From Promethearchaeota archaeon (GTDB lineage Archaea > Asgardarchaeota > Lokiarchaeia > Sigyniarchaeales > SOKP01), in NCBI GenBank assembly GCA_030599585.1, contig JAUVNS010000003.1, forward strand, positions 96,001 through 160,000: DNA of 64,000 nucleotides. The letters run 5' to 3'. A program made the position numbers and the translations under genes. Below the pieces are notes generated by a model. The model made no database searches. It was not told the origin of the DNA and worked only from the letters and a program-made list of their open reading frames with translations. Below are positions 8,603 to 16,823 of this stretch, piece by piece (the first letter of the stretch is position 1; the number at the start of each line of letters is the position of its first letter).

Positions 8603-9457
8603 ATGACGCAGATTTTTGAAGTAGTAGAAGTGAGGGAGTTCCCATACTTTTTAACCATAGATATAGATGATGTTTCTGTAGTAGGAGAAGTCATTAAAGA
8701 TATGAATAGTCGAAAGGTTTACTTGCTCGTTGATCACAATAAAAAGAGAATTTGGACATACAACGGGCGAAATAGTCCTTTCAAGCTTCAAATTTATGGT
8801 GGAATCCTAGCGGGTATGTTCCGTAAACAATTAAAACTTTTTTACCGAGTGTATGCTCTAAACATGTATTCTACCGAGGCTCCCGAATTTCAAGAAGTAA
8901 TGCTACAATCCGTCGGACCGGGTAGAGCACAATCTATTAACAAAGAAGATTTCCCTAAAAGTGTTATTGATGGAACTGTAGGGGAAATAATCCTTCACAA
9001 TCCAGGGTTAAAAAAAGCGATGGAAAATATAAATTCGTATGCTCAACCGGAAGATCTAAAAAGAATTTTTCTCATTATAGCAGGTAATATTTACTCTGAA
9101 GAAGATGTTCCAGAAGCAATACTCAAAGAGGAGCAATATTCAACTAATTTAGTGAAAATGGGGCGGCTAAACAACGGTTTTACGTTCTTTAGAGATCGGA
9201 ATTATTCTACACGAATAATTGTTAGAAACAGAACGATTCAAGGAATTGAACTGTATGTCAATAGCTATGAAAATTTACCTTCTCTTCGCATCAAATCTCC
9301 AATAATTCACGAAGATAAAATAAGTAACAAGGGAGACATGGATTCGTTGATGAAAGCTTTCCAAATTCCCGATTCATTGCCAGATGAAGAATCAGAGGAC
9401 GAAAGTAGTAATGGCGATGAAAAAGACCGAGAAGAAAATAAGACTCAAAATAATTAG
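8603..9457 (+). CDS. Putative divergent gelsolin-like domain protein with uncharacterised C-terminal domain
   Basis: MNSRKVYLLVDHNKKRIWTYNGRNS...EAPEF resembles the gelsolin-repeat pattern LNS.D.FILD....I..W.G..S...E..EF; acidic tail. Confidence 0.55.
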   Translation: MTQIFEVVEVREFPYFLTIDIDDVSVVGEVIKDMNSRKVYLLVDHNKKRIWTYNGRNSPFKLQIYGGILAGMFRKQLKLFYRVYALNMYSTEAPEFQEVMLQSVGPGRAQSINKEDFPKSVIDGTVGEIILHNPGLKKAMENINSYAQPEDLKRIFLIIAGNIYSEEDVPEAILKEEQYSTNLVKMGRLNNGFTFFRDRNYSTRIIVRNRTIQGIELYVNSYENLPSLRIKSPIIHEDKISNKGDMDSLMKAFQIPDSLPDEESEDESSNGDEKDREENKTQNN

Positions 9458-9476
9458 TTTAATCATAAATGTTGAC

Positions 9477-10808
9477 ATGATTCTTTTAATAAATCCTAAA
9501 ACCACTAAACCTACAGAATTCCAAACTGACTTTTTTAGAGAACCTAATCTTGGAATTTTATATTTGGCAGGGATTCTAGAACAAAATAACATTCCCGTAG
9601 AAATTTTAGATTTAGAGCAGTATTCTGGATTAGAGCCTGAGGAACTAAATAAAATTATCATTGAAAAAATCGAACACTACGAAATAATTGGTATAACATC
9701 GCTGACTAATACCTTTTATCTGACTAAGCAGATTGTTGAATTGATAAAAAAATCTAATAGAGAAAAGATTGTGGTTCTTGGAGGACCTCATGTTTCGTTT
9801 CAATACAATGAAATCCTAAAAACTGAACCTTTAATCGATTTTATATGTATAGGCGAATCGGAAAGGTCATTCCTTGAATTAACGAATCTGTTGATTCAAA
9901 ACCCCCCCAATATAACGAACTCTCAAGCTTTCGGAAGAGAAATAAATGCAATTAAGGGTTTAGCCTATAGGAATTTAGAAGGAAATGTTATATTCACGGG
10001 ACTTCCAGACCCAATTGACATTGAAACAATTCCACTACCACCAAGATACCTCCTGTCCCAGGAAAACTTTTACTATAAGGTAGCAAGCGTGATAATTAAC
10101 AGAGGGTGCCCTAACGCCTGCTCATTCTGTTCTAGGCAAAAATTGTTTCCAAAAACGAGGATTAGAAGTTTAGCTTCAATTTTATCTGAGATCAGAGACA
10201 TAATTTCTTATCAAACATACAACTACATCAATTTTTATGACAATATTAACATCGAAAAAAAATTCTTTCAAAATTTTTGTAGACTGTTTATCGACAACAA
10301 GATTAAAATTCCATGGGGTTGTGAATTACGAGTCGATAGCATAACTGTTGAGGACGCAACTTTATTAAAAGAAGCTGGTTGTAAGCTCATCGCCACTGGT
10401 ATTGAATCCGCTAGCTTAAAAGTGTTGAAAAACAATCTAAAATACCAAGATCCTAAGCGAGTACTTTCAGGAATAAAACATTTGAAAGCTGTAGATATCC
10501 CCATACAAGCATACTTTGTTTTAGGACTCCCTGGAGAAACTGAGCTTACTTTTCAAGAAACTTTAAATTTCATCAAAGAGTTACCATTAGATGCTAATGA
10601 CAAAATAAATTACTTTGTTGCTACACCCTATCCGGGCTCTCGTTTGTGGGATGAACAAGAACATTTTACCATCAATATAATTGAATATGATTTTACTAAA
10701 TACGATTGTCAGCACATAATTTTTGAAACTTCTGATTTATCAGTTCAGAAACTTGAAAAACTGTTTAACATTTCCAAAGATATTGAACAATTCTTTAGAA
10801 GACACTAA
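9477..10808 (+). CDS. Cobalamin-binding domain radical SAM protein
   Basis: PNLGILYLAG, VLGGPH, RGCPNACSFC (CxxxCxxC), GIES, PYPGS; ATG 9477 avoids overlap with the upstream gene. Confidence 0.92.
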   Translation: MILLINPKTTKPTEFQTDFFREPNLGILYLAGILEQNNIPVEILDLEQYSGLEPEELNKIIIEKIEHYEIIGITSLTNTFYLTKQIVELIKKSNREKIVVLGGPHVSFQYNEILKTEPLIDFICIGESERSFLELTNLLIQNPPNITNSQAFGREINAIKGLAYRNLEGNVIFTGLPDPIDIETIPLPPRYLLSQENFYYKVASVIINRGCPNACSFCSRQKLFPKTRIRSLASILSEIRDIISYQTYNYINFYDNINIEKKFFQNFCRLFIDNKIKIPWGCELRVDSITVEDATLLKEAGCKLIATGIESASLKVLKNNLKYQDPKRVLSGIKHLKAVDIPIQAYFVLGLPGETELTFQETLNFIKELPLDANDKINYFVATPYPGSRLWDEQEHFTINIIEYDFTKYDCQHIIFETSDLSVQKLEKLFNISKDIEQFFRRH

Positions 10809-11104
10809 AATCTGGATCGATGGGGTAGGCAATACGGAAATGCCTTGGTAAACTGAGTAAAAGCTACATCTTCTGCATCCATTTTAATCAGTTCACTTAC
10901 GTTTTCCAAAACATCTTTTTGTTTTGTATATAAGTCTGTCTTAATTCCTTTACTCTCAAGATCTTTGATTAATGAACTAAGATTTTCCATCAATACAGTT
11001 CCCCAGTTATCTTTAAAGTTTTTAAAATCTTTCCGGCAAATTTCCGAAACGTATGAAACTTCCGGTTTCTTAGGATATCTCTCTGATGATAAAGCATATG
11101 ACAT
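10805..11104 (-). CDS. Hypothetical protein
   Basis: 99-aa ORF with ATG start and GGAG upstream; no recognised motif. Confidence 0.6.
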   Translation of the reverse strand: MSYALSSERYPKKPEVSYVSEICRKDFKNFKDNWGTVLMENLSSLIKDLESKGIKTDLYTKQKDVLENVSELIKMDAEDVAFTQFTKAFPYCLPHRSRF

Positions 11105-11316
11105 TTTTGATTTCCACTCCTCTATTGAAGAATACTAAAGAGCATTCTCTAAGGTATATAACAACATTCATATTTATAATTATTTACACGACATCTTTTT
11201 CATAAAGAGAGAAGGATAATTTTAATAATGGAGAATTAACTCTATTTTAATGTTGTTAAGAAATAATTTGTAATATCTAAAACACATAAAAAAATAAATA
11301 AAAATTAGGCGCAATA

Positions 11317-12606
11317 TTGATTATGGCTAAAAGTGACTACTTTATAGGGGAAGCCCTTTTGGGTGCTGAAGAAAACTTAGCACATATAGATTTAATAATT
11401 GGTTCAAAAGATGGTCCCGTTGGGGTATCTTTTGCAAATGCACTTAGTTCTCCTTCAATAGGCCATGGGGGGCTTTTAGCATGCATAAGACCAAATCTTC
11501 TTACAAAACCAATTAGTCTTGTTATACCTAAAGTTACAGTTTCAAAAATGGAAGAAGCAAATAAGATTTTTGGACCCGCTCAAGCTGCCGTTGCTAAAGC
11601 TATAGCCGATGCAGTAGAAGAAAAGATAATACCCATGAATAAACTGGATGAATGGTTACTTATCGTAAGTGTGTTTATTCACCCCGATGCAAAGGATTAT
11701 AGGAGAATTTATCAATATAACTATAGTGCAACAAAATTAGCGATTAAAAGAGCTTTAAAGAATTACCCACCAATTGAGAAAATTTTCTACGATAAAGATA
11801 GAGCTAAACACCCTGTTGCTGGAATTAGAGTACCAAGGCTTTGGAGACCTCCATATATCCAGGTTGCTTTGGACCACCCAAATATAGACCATCATATGAA
11901 AGTGTTAAAACAATTACCAAAGAGTGACAGAATTATCCTAGAAATTGGAACTCCATTTCTCAAGAAATATGGTATGGAAGCAATAAAAAGAGTAAGGGAA
12001 TTAGCCCCTCAAAAATTTATTGTGGCAGATCTAAAAACCTTGGATGTAGGGAAATTAGAAGTAGATTTTGCTTTTGACGCGACTGCAGATGCTGTTGTTG
12101 CAAGTGGTTTAGCGGCGCCCTCATCTATTGATAAATTCCTTTTAGAGGCTAATCGTTTAGCAATTTATGGGTTTGTTGACACCATGGAAGTAAACGACCC
12201 TATAGCAAAATTGAGTAAACTAAAACAAGTCCCTGATGTTGTTATCTTACATCGAGCAATTGATGTGGAACAAGCTGCTAGTGCAGAATCCTCAGACGCT
12301 GCTCAAAAAGCAAGGTGGGCGTTAATTCCTAAGATAAAAGAATTATATAAAGACGAGAAATTGGCTTCTGGGCGAGATCGCGTTTTAGTTGCTGTTGCAG
12401 GAGGAATTGACCCAAATACTGCCAAATATGCTATAGATATGGGAGCAGATATTTTAATAGTAGGGCGATTTATTACATCATCTAAAGATGTTGAAAATTC
12501 CATGAGGAGATTACTCAATATCATGCCTGGTTATTCTGATATTGACTTAAAGAGAATTCACACGGAAGATGACGATAATTCTGTAAAAAACCCTAAATGG
12601 GATTAA
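11317..12606 (+). CDS. fae-hps: Bifunctional formaldehyde-activating enzyme / 3-hexulose-6-phosphate synthase
   Basis: Fae: GEAL...AHIDLIIG...PKVT...GPAQAAVA. HPS: QVALD, EIGTP, ADLKTLDVG, HRAID, VAGG, VGR. ATG at 11323 is an alternative start. Confidence 0.95.
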   Translation: MIMAKSDYFIGEALLGAEENLAHIDLIIGSKDGPVGVSFANALSSPSIGHGGLLACIRPNLLTKPISLVIPKVTVSKMEEANKIFGPAQAAVAKAIADAVEEKIIPMNKLDEWLLIVSVFIHPDAKDYRRIYQYNYSATKLAIKRALKNYPPIEKIFYDKDRAKHPVAGIRVPRLWRPPYIQVALDHPNIDHHMKVLKQLPKSDRIILEIGTPFLKKYGMEAIKRVRELAPQKFIVADLKTLDVGKLEVDFAFDATADAVVASGLAAPSSIDKFLLEANRLAIYGFVDTMEVNDPIAKLSKLKQVPDVVILHRAIDVEQAASAESSDAAQKARWALIPKIKELYKDEKLASGRDRVLVAVAGGIDPNTAKYAIDMGADILIVGRFITSSKDVENSMRRLLNIMPGYSDIDLKRIHTEDDDNSVKNPKWD

Positions 12607-12829
12607 AATTAAAAAAACCTATTTTTTACTTTACCTTTTTTCTCCTAAATAATTTAATATCTTCATAAGGTTAAATCATCTGACTTAAGTTGATTAGGCC
12701 TAAATTTAGCGGATAATCACAGAAATATTTATTAAGAAGAAGGATATAAAACGGTTTACAAAATTGTAAAGACTTAAATGTAAAATTTCCAATCAATGAA
12801 TGTCATCCAATTTTTAATTAATTAAACAA

Positions 12830-12835
12830 GGAGGT
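12830..12835 (+). promoter_or_regulatory. Shine-Dalgarno GGAGGT
   Basis: GGAGGT 7 nt upstream of the ATG at 12843. Confidence 0.7.
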
Positions 12836-12842
12836 AAGTACA

Positions 12843-13175
12843 ATGCCATATGTGTTTATTCATTCATATTTTCCGGGACATATAGCAGAGGAAATTTCTA
12901 AAGTATATCTTGAGGAGGATAAAAAATTTAAAAAGGCTGTGAGAGGTTTGGCAAAAGAAGTTATCGCTAATGCTGTATTGTCAACACCAGAAGGAATGGA
13001 TATTATAGGAGTTCAAGATGTTAAAGAAGGAAACTTAGAAAAGTATTTGATGCTGCAATATGAATCTATGGTACCATATCAAAGGATTGAAGGTTTTAAA
13101 TACAAGATTGTTGTTCGATTAAAGATTACTGAAGCGTTGGGAATGATTGGCTTGAAAGCACCAGAACCATTATAA
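12843..13175 (+). CDS. Hypothetical protein (small alpha/beta)
   Basis: Strong SD, 110 aa, T-tract downstream. Confidence 0.75.
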   Translation: MPYVFIHSYFPGHIAEEISKVYLEEDKKFKKAVRGLAKEVIANAVLSTPEGMDIIGVQDVKEGNLEKYLMLQYESMVPYQRIEGFKYKIVVRLKITEALGMIGLKAPEPL

Positions 13176-13456
13176 AAATATAATTTTTTTTTTCAACTCT
13201 TATTTTTTCTTGTAATTTAAATTTATTGGGTTTAATAGTTGGATTTAGACTCAATGGAAACTTCTTTTATATCGGTTAGTTGAGAATGACGAAAAGAATT
13301 GTTATTTTAATTTTAAATATTTAGTATTCTTGCTAAGATTTAACTCTTGGAAATTAGTTAATTCTTGTTTAGAATCTATTCAAAATGGAAAAAAAGAAAG
13401 ATAAAAAATACATCTTTTATTAGATTAGCGGGTTTTGGATTTAGGTCATGCTCCTC

Positions 13457-15712
13457 TCATTTTATTGGTCGGCTGTTAGCCTGGAATATAGGACCTATAA
13501 ACTGACTATATAGGATCGAAAACGCAGTCTGATTGGACACGACGCTTATCATTTCGCCTTCCTTATCAGTCGCGGGACCGAGTATTACTTCTTCTGCGTC
13601 TCGAGTGAGTGCGAAGAATTCCATAGCGCCGCTCAATTGTCGGAACTGAATGTTTCCCAATCCCATCATTTTGCGTATGATATCCCCGTAAGTTCCCATT
13701 TCGAATCTGGAGGTCAACATGAAGCGCACAGCTTTTTTCTGGTAAGCAAATTCGCTGATAACTTGTAAAATTTCAGGAATAACGTAAGGCATTACGATAA
13801 TTATTGAGGATTTAACTCTATATATAGCGTCTTTAATCGCAGCTACTAACGCATCTCGTCCCACTACCTGCCAAGTTGTAATTTCTTCGATTTCGGGAAT
13901 GGAACTTGCAGCTTTATGAATATCACTTAATGTATTTTCATTTTTTTCTGCAATTTCTGTCGCATCGTCAATTGAGTTCATAAATTGGAGCGTAAAATCC
14001 GCTATTGCGTCTTTAATGTTTTGCGTTGTGTCTCTTGTTGTAGCGGTTAGACTACCTTGAAGTGTTTTTGCATTTTCTTCGTATTTTGATTTATGATCTA
14101 TTAACATTTCACCCAAATTTCGATCCAAGTCAGCTGTCTCATCGCCCCATAGATTTATCTCTTCAGTTATTTTATCGGAAACATTTCTTTTCCCACCGAT
14201 AAATTTATCGTCGAGATCCCTAATCCATTCTTCTTTAATTCTTTTGATATCCGTATCGTACTCATTATAATGTCTTAATGAATCTTCTTTGTGTCTAGTA
14301 ATAGCTTCGTCGTATTGGCGGTTGTGAGTTTTTAGCGAATTCTCTAACGAGTCTTTCAGCTTAGTCGTGGTATCAGAGCAATCTTTTACACCACTTTGTA
14401 AAGTACTGTCGATTTCACCTGACATATCGGTTGCGAGTGTTTCTAATTGCACATTTATTGTTTCTTGCGCCTTATGGTCAAGTTCTGTGGTTTCTGTTAC
14501 GACATTATCGTTCTCTTTCGTCACTACATCAGTTACTTCTGTTTTCAGCAAATCTGTGGTCTCTCTTGTATTTTTAACGTAATCTTCACTAGTTTTTGTA
14601 AAATCAGCTTTCATTGGTTCAGTAAATGTTAAAATGTTCTGAATTGTAGTTTCGTGTCGTGCTTTGTACTTTTTCTTCTTTCCCATCCAGAAAAATCCTT
14701 TCTTGCCCATTTCTGCTGTAAAATCTGTAAACCTATTGGCATGCTCTAGTAGATTATCAATAAGCGTTAGAGTCATACTTTTAAATTCGCTGGTTTGATC
14801 TGTTAATACCCTGTGTCTATCATCAACTGTAGCTTTTAGGTTAGTTTGGAGCGTATCAGTCGTGTTTTTGAGATGGTTCAAATGCTCTTTTAACAAGTTA
14901 GAAATCCTTTCTTTAAGATCCACTACAATTTTATCCATTCGTTCTAAATACTTTTCGAGGATTTGTTCCATTCTTGGTTTAAGATCGTTCGCAATAGTCT
15001 GATGTCTATCTACATGATTATCTAAGTTACTTTTCAATTCTTTTTCTAAATCTTCAATTCTTTTGGAAAAATCAGATAAGAGTTCAGCAATTAAATTAGT
15101 TAAAGTACCTTTTGCTTTATTAACGCTAGATTCATTTTCATTTACTCTGGTATCGCAAATATTTTTGTTATTAGAGTTTAGAGTATCCATAATGGAGTGC
15201 AAATTTTCTTCTAAAGTCTTTGAAGTGTCAGTAAAACGATTTCTCGAGTTATTTATCCTATCTCTTTTATTGTTATTTTTGGTATCCGAGTCTTCAAAAA
15301 ATAGGCTAATTTGATCCTCGACCGCAGTTGCCACTTCGCTGATGCTTTTATCTTGAATCGCTTCTAATTTCTCAAATCGATTTGATTGATCAGCTAATAT
15401 TGAATCTTTAGTCTTCGCAATCTCGTCTCTGAATATTTTTGACTCTCCAATGTAAAGTTCAAAGAAAGGCTCTAATGGAATGTATCTGTCGACAATCCCT
15501 GTTACTTTTTTAAGAAAGTCTTTCTCTACTAACCAATTGGTTATCTCCAGAACAATTTCATATGTTAAATCCGGGTGGTCTTCAGTTAGCGATAAATATA
15601 CTTCAGATGAAGTTGCTCGGGGAACTCTTAGGTATACGATGTACACATTGATTTGTTCTTCAGTGAAACCATATCGAGTGAAAACTTCCTTCGTGAATTC
15701 TTTTAAGCTCAT
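13457..15712 (-). CDS. TrmB-like protein: N-terminal winged HTH, ~500-aa helical/coiled-coil insert, C-terminal TrmB effector/PLD-like domain
   Basis: N-term YGFTEEQINVYIVYL...ATSSEV...LVEKDFLKK...RYIPLEP. C-term WQVVGRDAL...AIYRVKSSIIIVMP...ALTRDAEEVILG. Middle is amphipathic-helix rich. Confidence 0.75.
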   Translation of the reverse strand: MSLKEFTKEVFTRYGFTEEQINVYIVYLRVPRATSSEVYLSLTEDHPDLTYEIVLEITNWLVEKDFLKKVTGIVDRYIPLEPFFELYIGESKIFRDEIAKTKDSILADQSNRFEKLEAIQDKSISEVATAVEDQISLFFEDSDTKNNNKRDRINNSRNRFTDTSKTLEENLHSIMDTLNSNNKNICDTRVNENESSVNKAKGTLTNLIAELLSDFSKRIEDLEKELKSNLDNHVDRHQTIANDLKPRMEQILEKYLERMDKIVVDLKERISNLLKEHLNHLKNTTDTLQTNLKATVDDRHRVLTDQTSEFKSMTLTLIDNLLEHANRFTDFTAEMGKKGFFWMGKKKKYKARHETTIQNILTFTEPMKADFTKTSEDYVKNTRETTDLLKTEVTDVVTKENDNVVTETTELDHKAQETINVQLETLATDMSGEIDSTLQSGVKDCSDTTTKLKDSLENSLKTHNRQYDEAITRHKEDSLRHYNEYDTDIKRIKEEWIRDLDDKFIGGKRNVSDKITEEINLWGDETADLDRNLGEMLIDHKSKYEENAKTLQGSLTATTRDTTQNIKDAIADFTLQFMNSIDDATEIAEKNENTLSDIHKAASSIPEIEEITTWQVVGRDALVAAIKDAIYRVKSSIIIVMPYVIPEILQVISEFAYQKKAVRFMLTSRFEMGTYGDIIRKMMGLGNIQFRQLSGAMEFFALTRDAEEVILGPATDKEGEMISVVSNQTAFSILYSQFIGPIFQANSRPIK

Positions 15713-15877
15713 AAGATTTTCTCTATTTTTAGATTTTAAAAATTCTGATTAAAATATAATTAATTGAATTCCTTTTCTTTATTTCTATAATATTCTAATA
15801 TAAAATATGTATAATAATATTTTCAAAATTATTATATTAAAACTTAAGGATTAAGGAGCGTCATTTTTTGAGACTTT

Positions 15878-16013
15878 AATCTTATTCGTAAAAATAATCG
15901 TACGATAAATTCCTTTTATCAAATCTTATTCTAAAAAACATTCCATATTTGTCAATTCTCAATCTTATTTTCATCATTCAATGGGAGAATGTTATTCCTC
16001 AATCCTTTAAATA
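15878..16013. promoter_or_regulatory. Divergent promoter region with three AATCTTATT direct repeats, a 10-bp palindrome and a TATA-like box
   Basis: AATCTTATT at 15878, 15922 and 15961; ATCGTACGAT at 15897-15906; TTTAAATA at 16006-16013. Confidence 0.45.
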
Positions 16014-16045
16014 CCGCTTTTATTTGTATTAATTAAATCAATTTA

Positions 16046-16744
16046 GTGATAAAAAAAATGAAAAAATTAAGTAAAATTCTCTTAGGCACATTTTTCCTAA
16101 TGATTTTATTTTCGACGATTACTTCGTTCAATGTTGTCGCTGTTGGTAATCCCGACGAAACATTTGAAGTTCCAACTGACACGTACCAAGCACAAATTCA
16201 GGAAGGTGTTGCCACAATGTTTAGATTTAGACAAAGAACACAATTGAGACTTAACGCAAGCGTAAATTTAGATGTAACCTTTGATTGTGATGCGTTAAGG
16301 ATTGGTGATAAAGACTTTGCTGTAGAAATTGAAGGCACTGGAGATCTTCAGATGAATATGACTTGTACGGAAGAACAGGCAGAGTTAGGCTTGTTAAACG
16401 GAAATACTTATCAAATAAGAAATCGTAATCGATACCAATACCAAGAAGGATTTGTCATCTCATTAGAATGCAACGGAACTTTTACACAGGCAAGGTTAAG
16501 CATAAGTGCTACTAGCGAAAATTCAATGGGTCAATGGGCTTATTATGATGAAGCAACAGAAGAATGGGTTAGTGTACCAACAACTGTAGAAAATGGTTAT
16601 TTGACTGCCGAAGTATCTCACTTTTCGACATGGACAGTACTCATACCGGACTACACACTAGCAATTGTTGGGTTTAGTATTGGTGGCGGAGTTGCAGCAT
16701 TAATAATAATCGCTTCAGTGTTCTACATTAAAAAGAGAAAATAA
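16046..16744 (+). CDS. Secreted, C-terminally membrane-anchored beta-rich protein with juxtamembrane HFS motif
   Basis: Signal-peptide-like N-terminus (ATG 16058 is the likely start), N-glycosylation sequons, WAYYD...W...TAEVSHFSTW, then a TM helix and KKRK. Confidence 0.8.
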   Translation: MIKKMKKLSKILLGTFFLMILFSTITSFNVVAVGNPDETFEVPTDTYQAQIQEGVATMFRFRQRTQLRLNASVNLDVTFDCDALRIGDKDFAVEIEGTGDLQMNMTCTEEQAELGLLNGNTYQIRNRNRYQYQEGFVISLECNGTFTQARLSISATSENSMGQWAYYDEATEEWVSVPTTVENGYLTAEVSHFSTWTVLIPDYTLAIVGFSIGGGVAALIIIASVFYIKKRK

Positions 16745-16823
16745 TCGACAAAGTTATTTAATAAATAACCAATTTTTTTTTTATTGTAAAAATATTCTAA
16801 CTATCAATTATTGGATTATCTAT

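Noticed and set aside
12665-12720. Cluster of short palindromes (ACTTAAGT, TAGGCCTA, CTAAATTTAG) as a possible ncRNA
   Set aside because: Short, AT-rich, and no recognisable RNA family structure.
13457-15712. SMC, dynamin or chemoreceptor annotation for the long coiled-coil protein
   Set aside because: No Walker A/B or GTPase motifs and no MCP hairpin signature.
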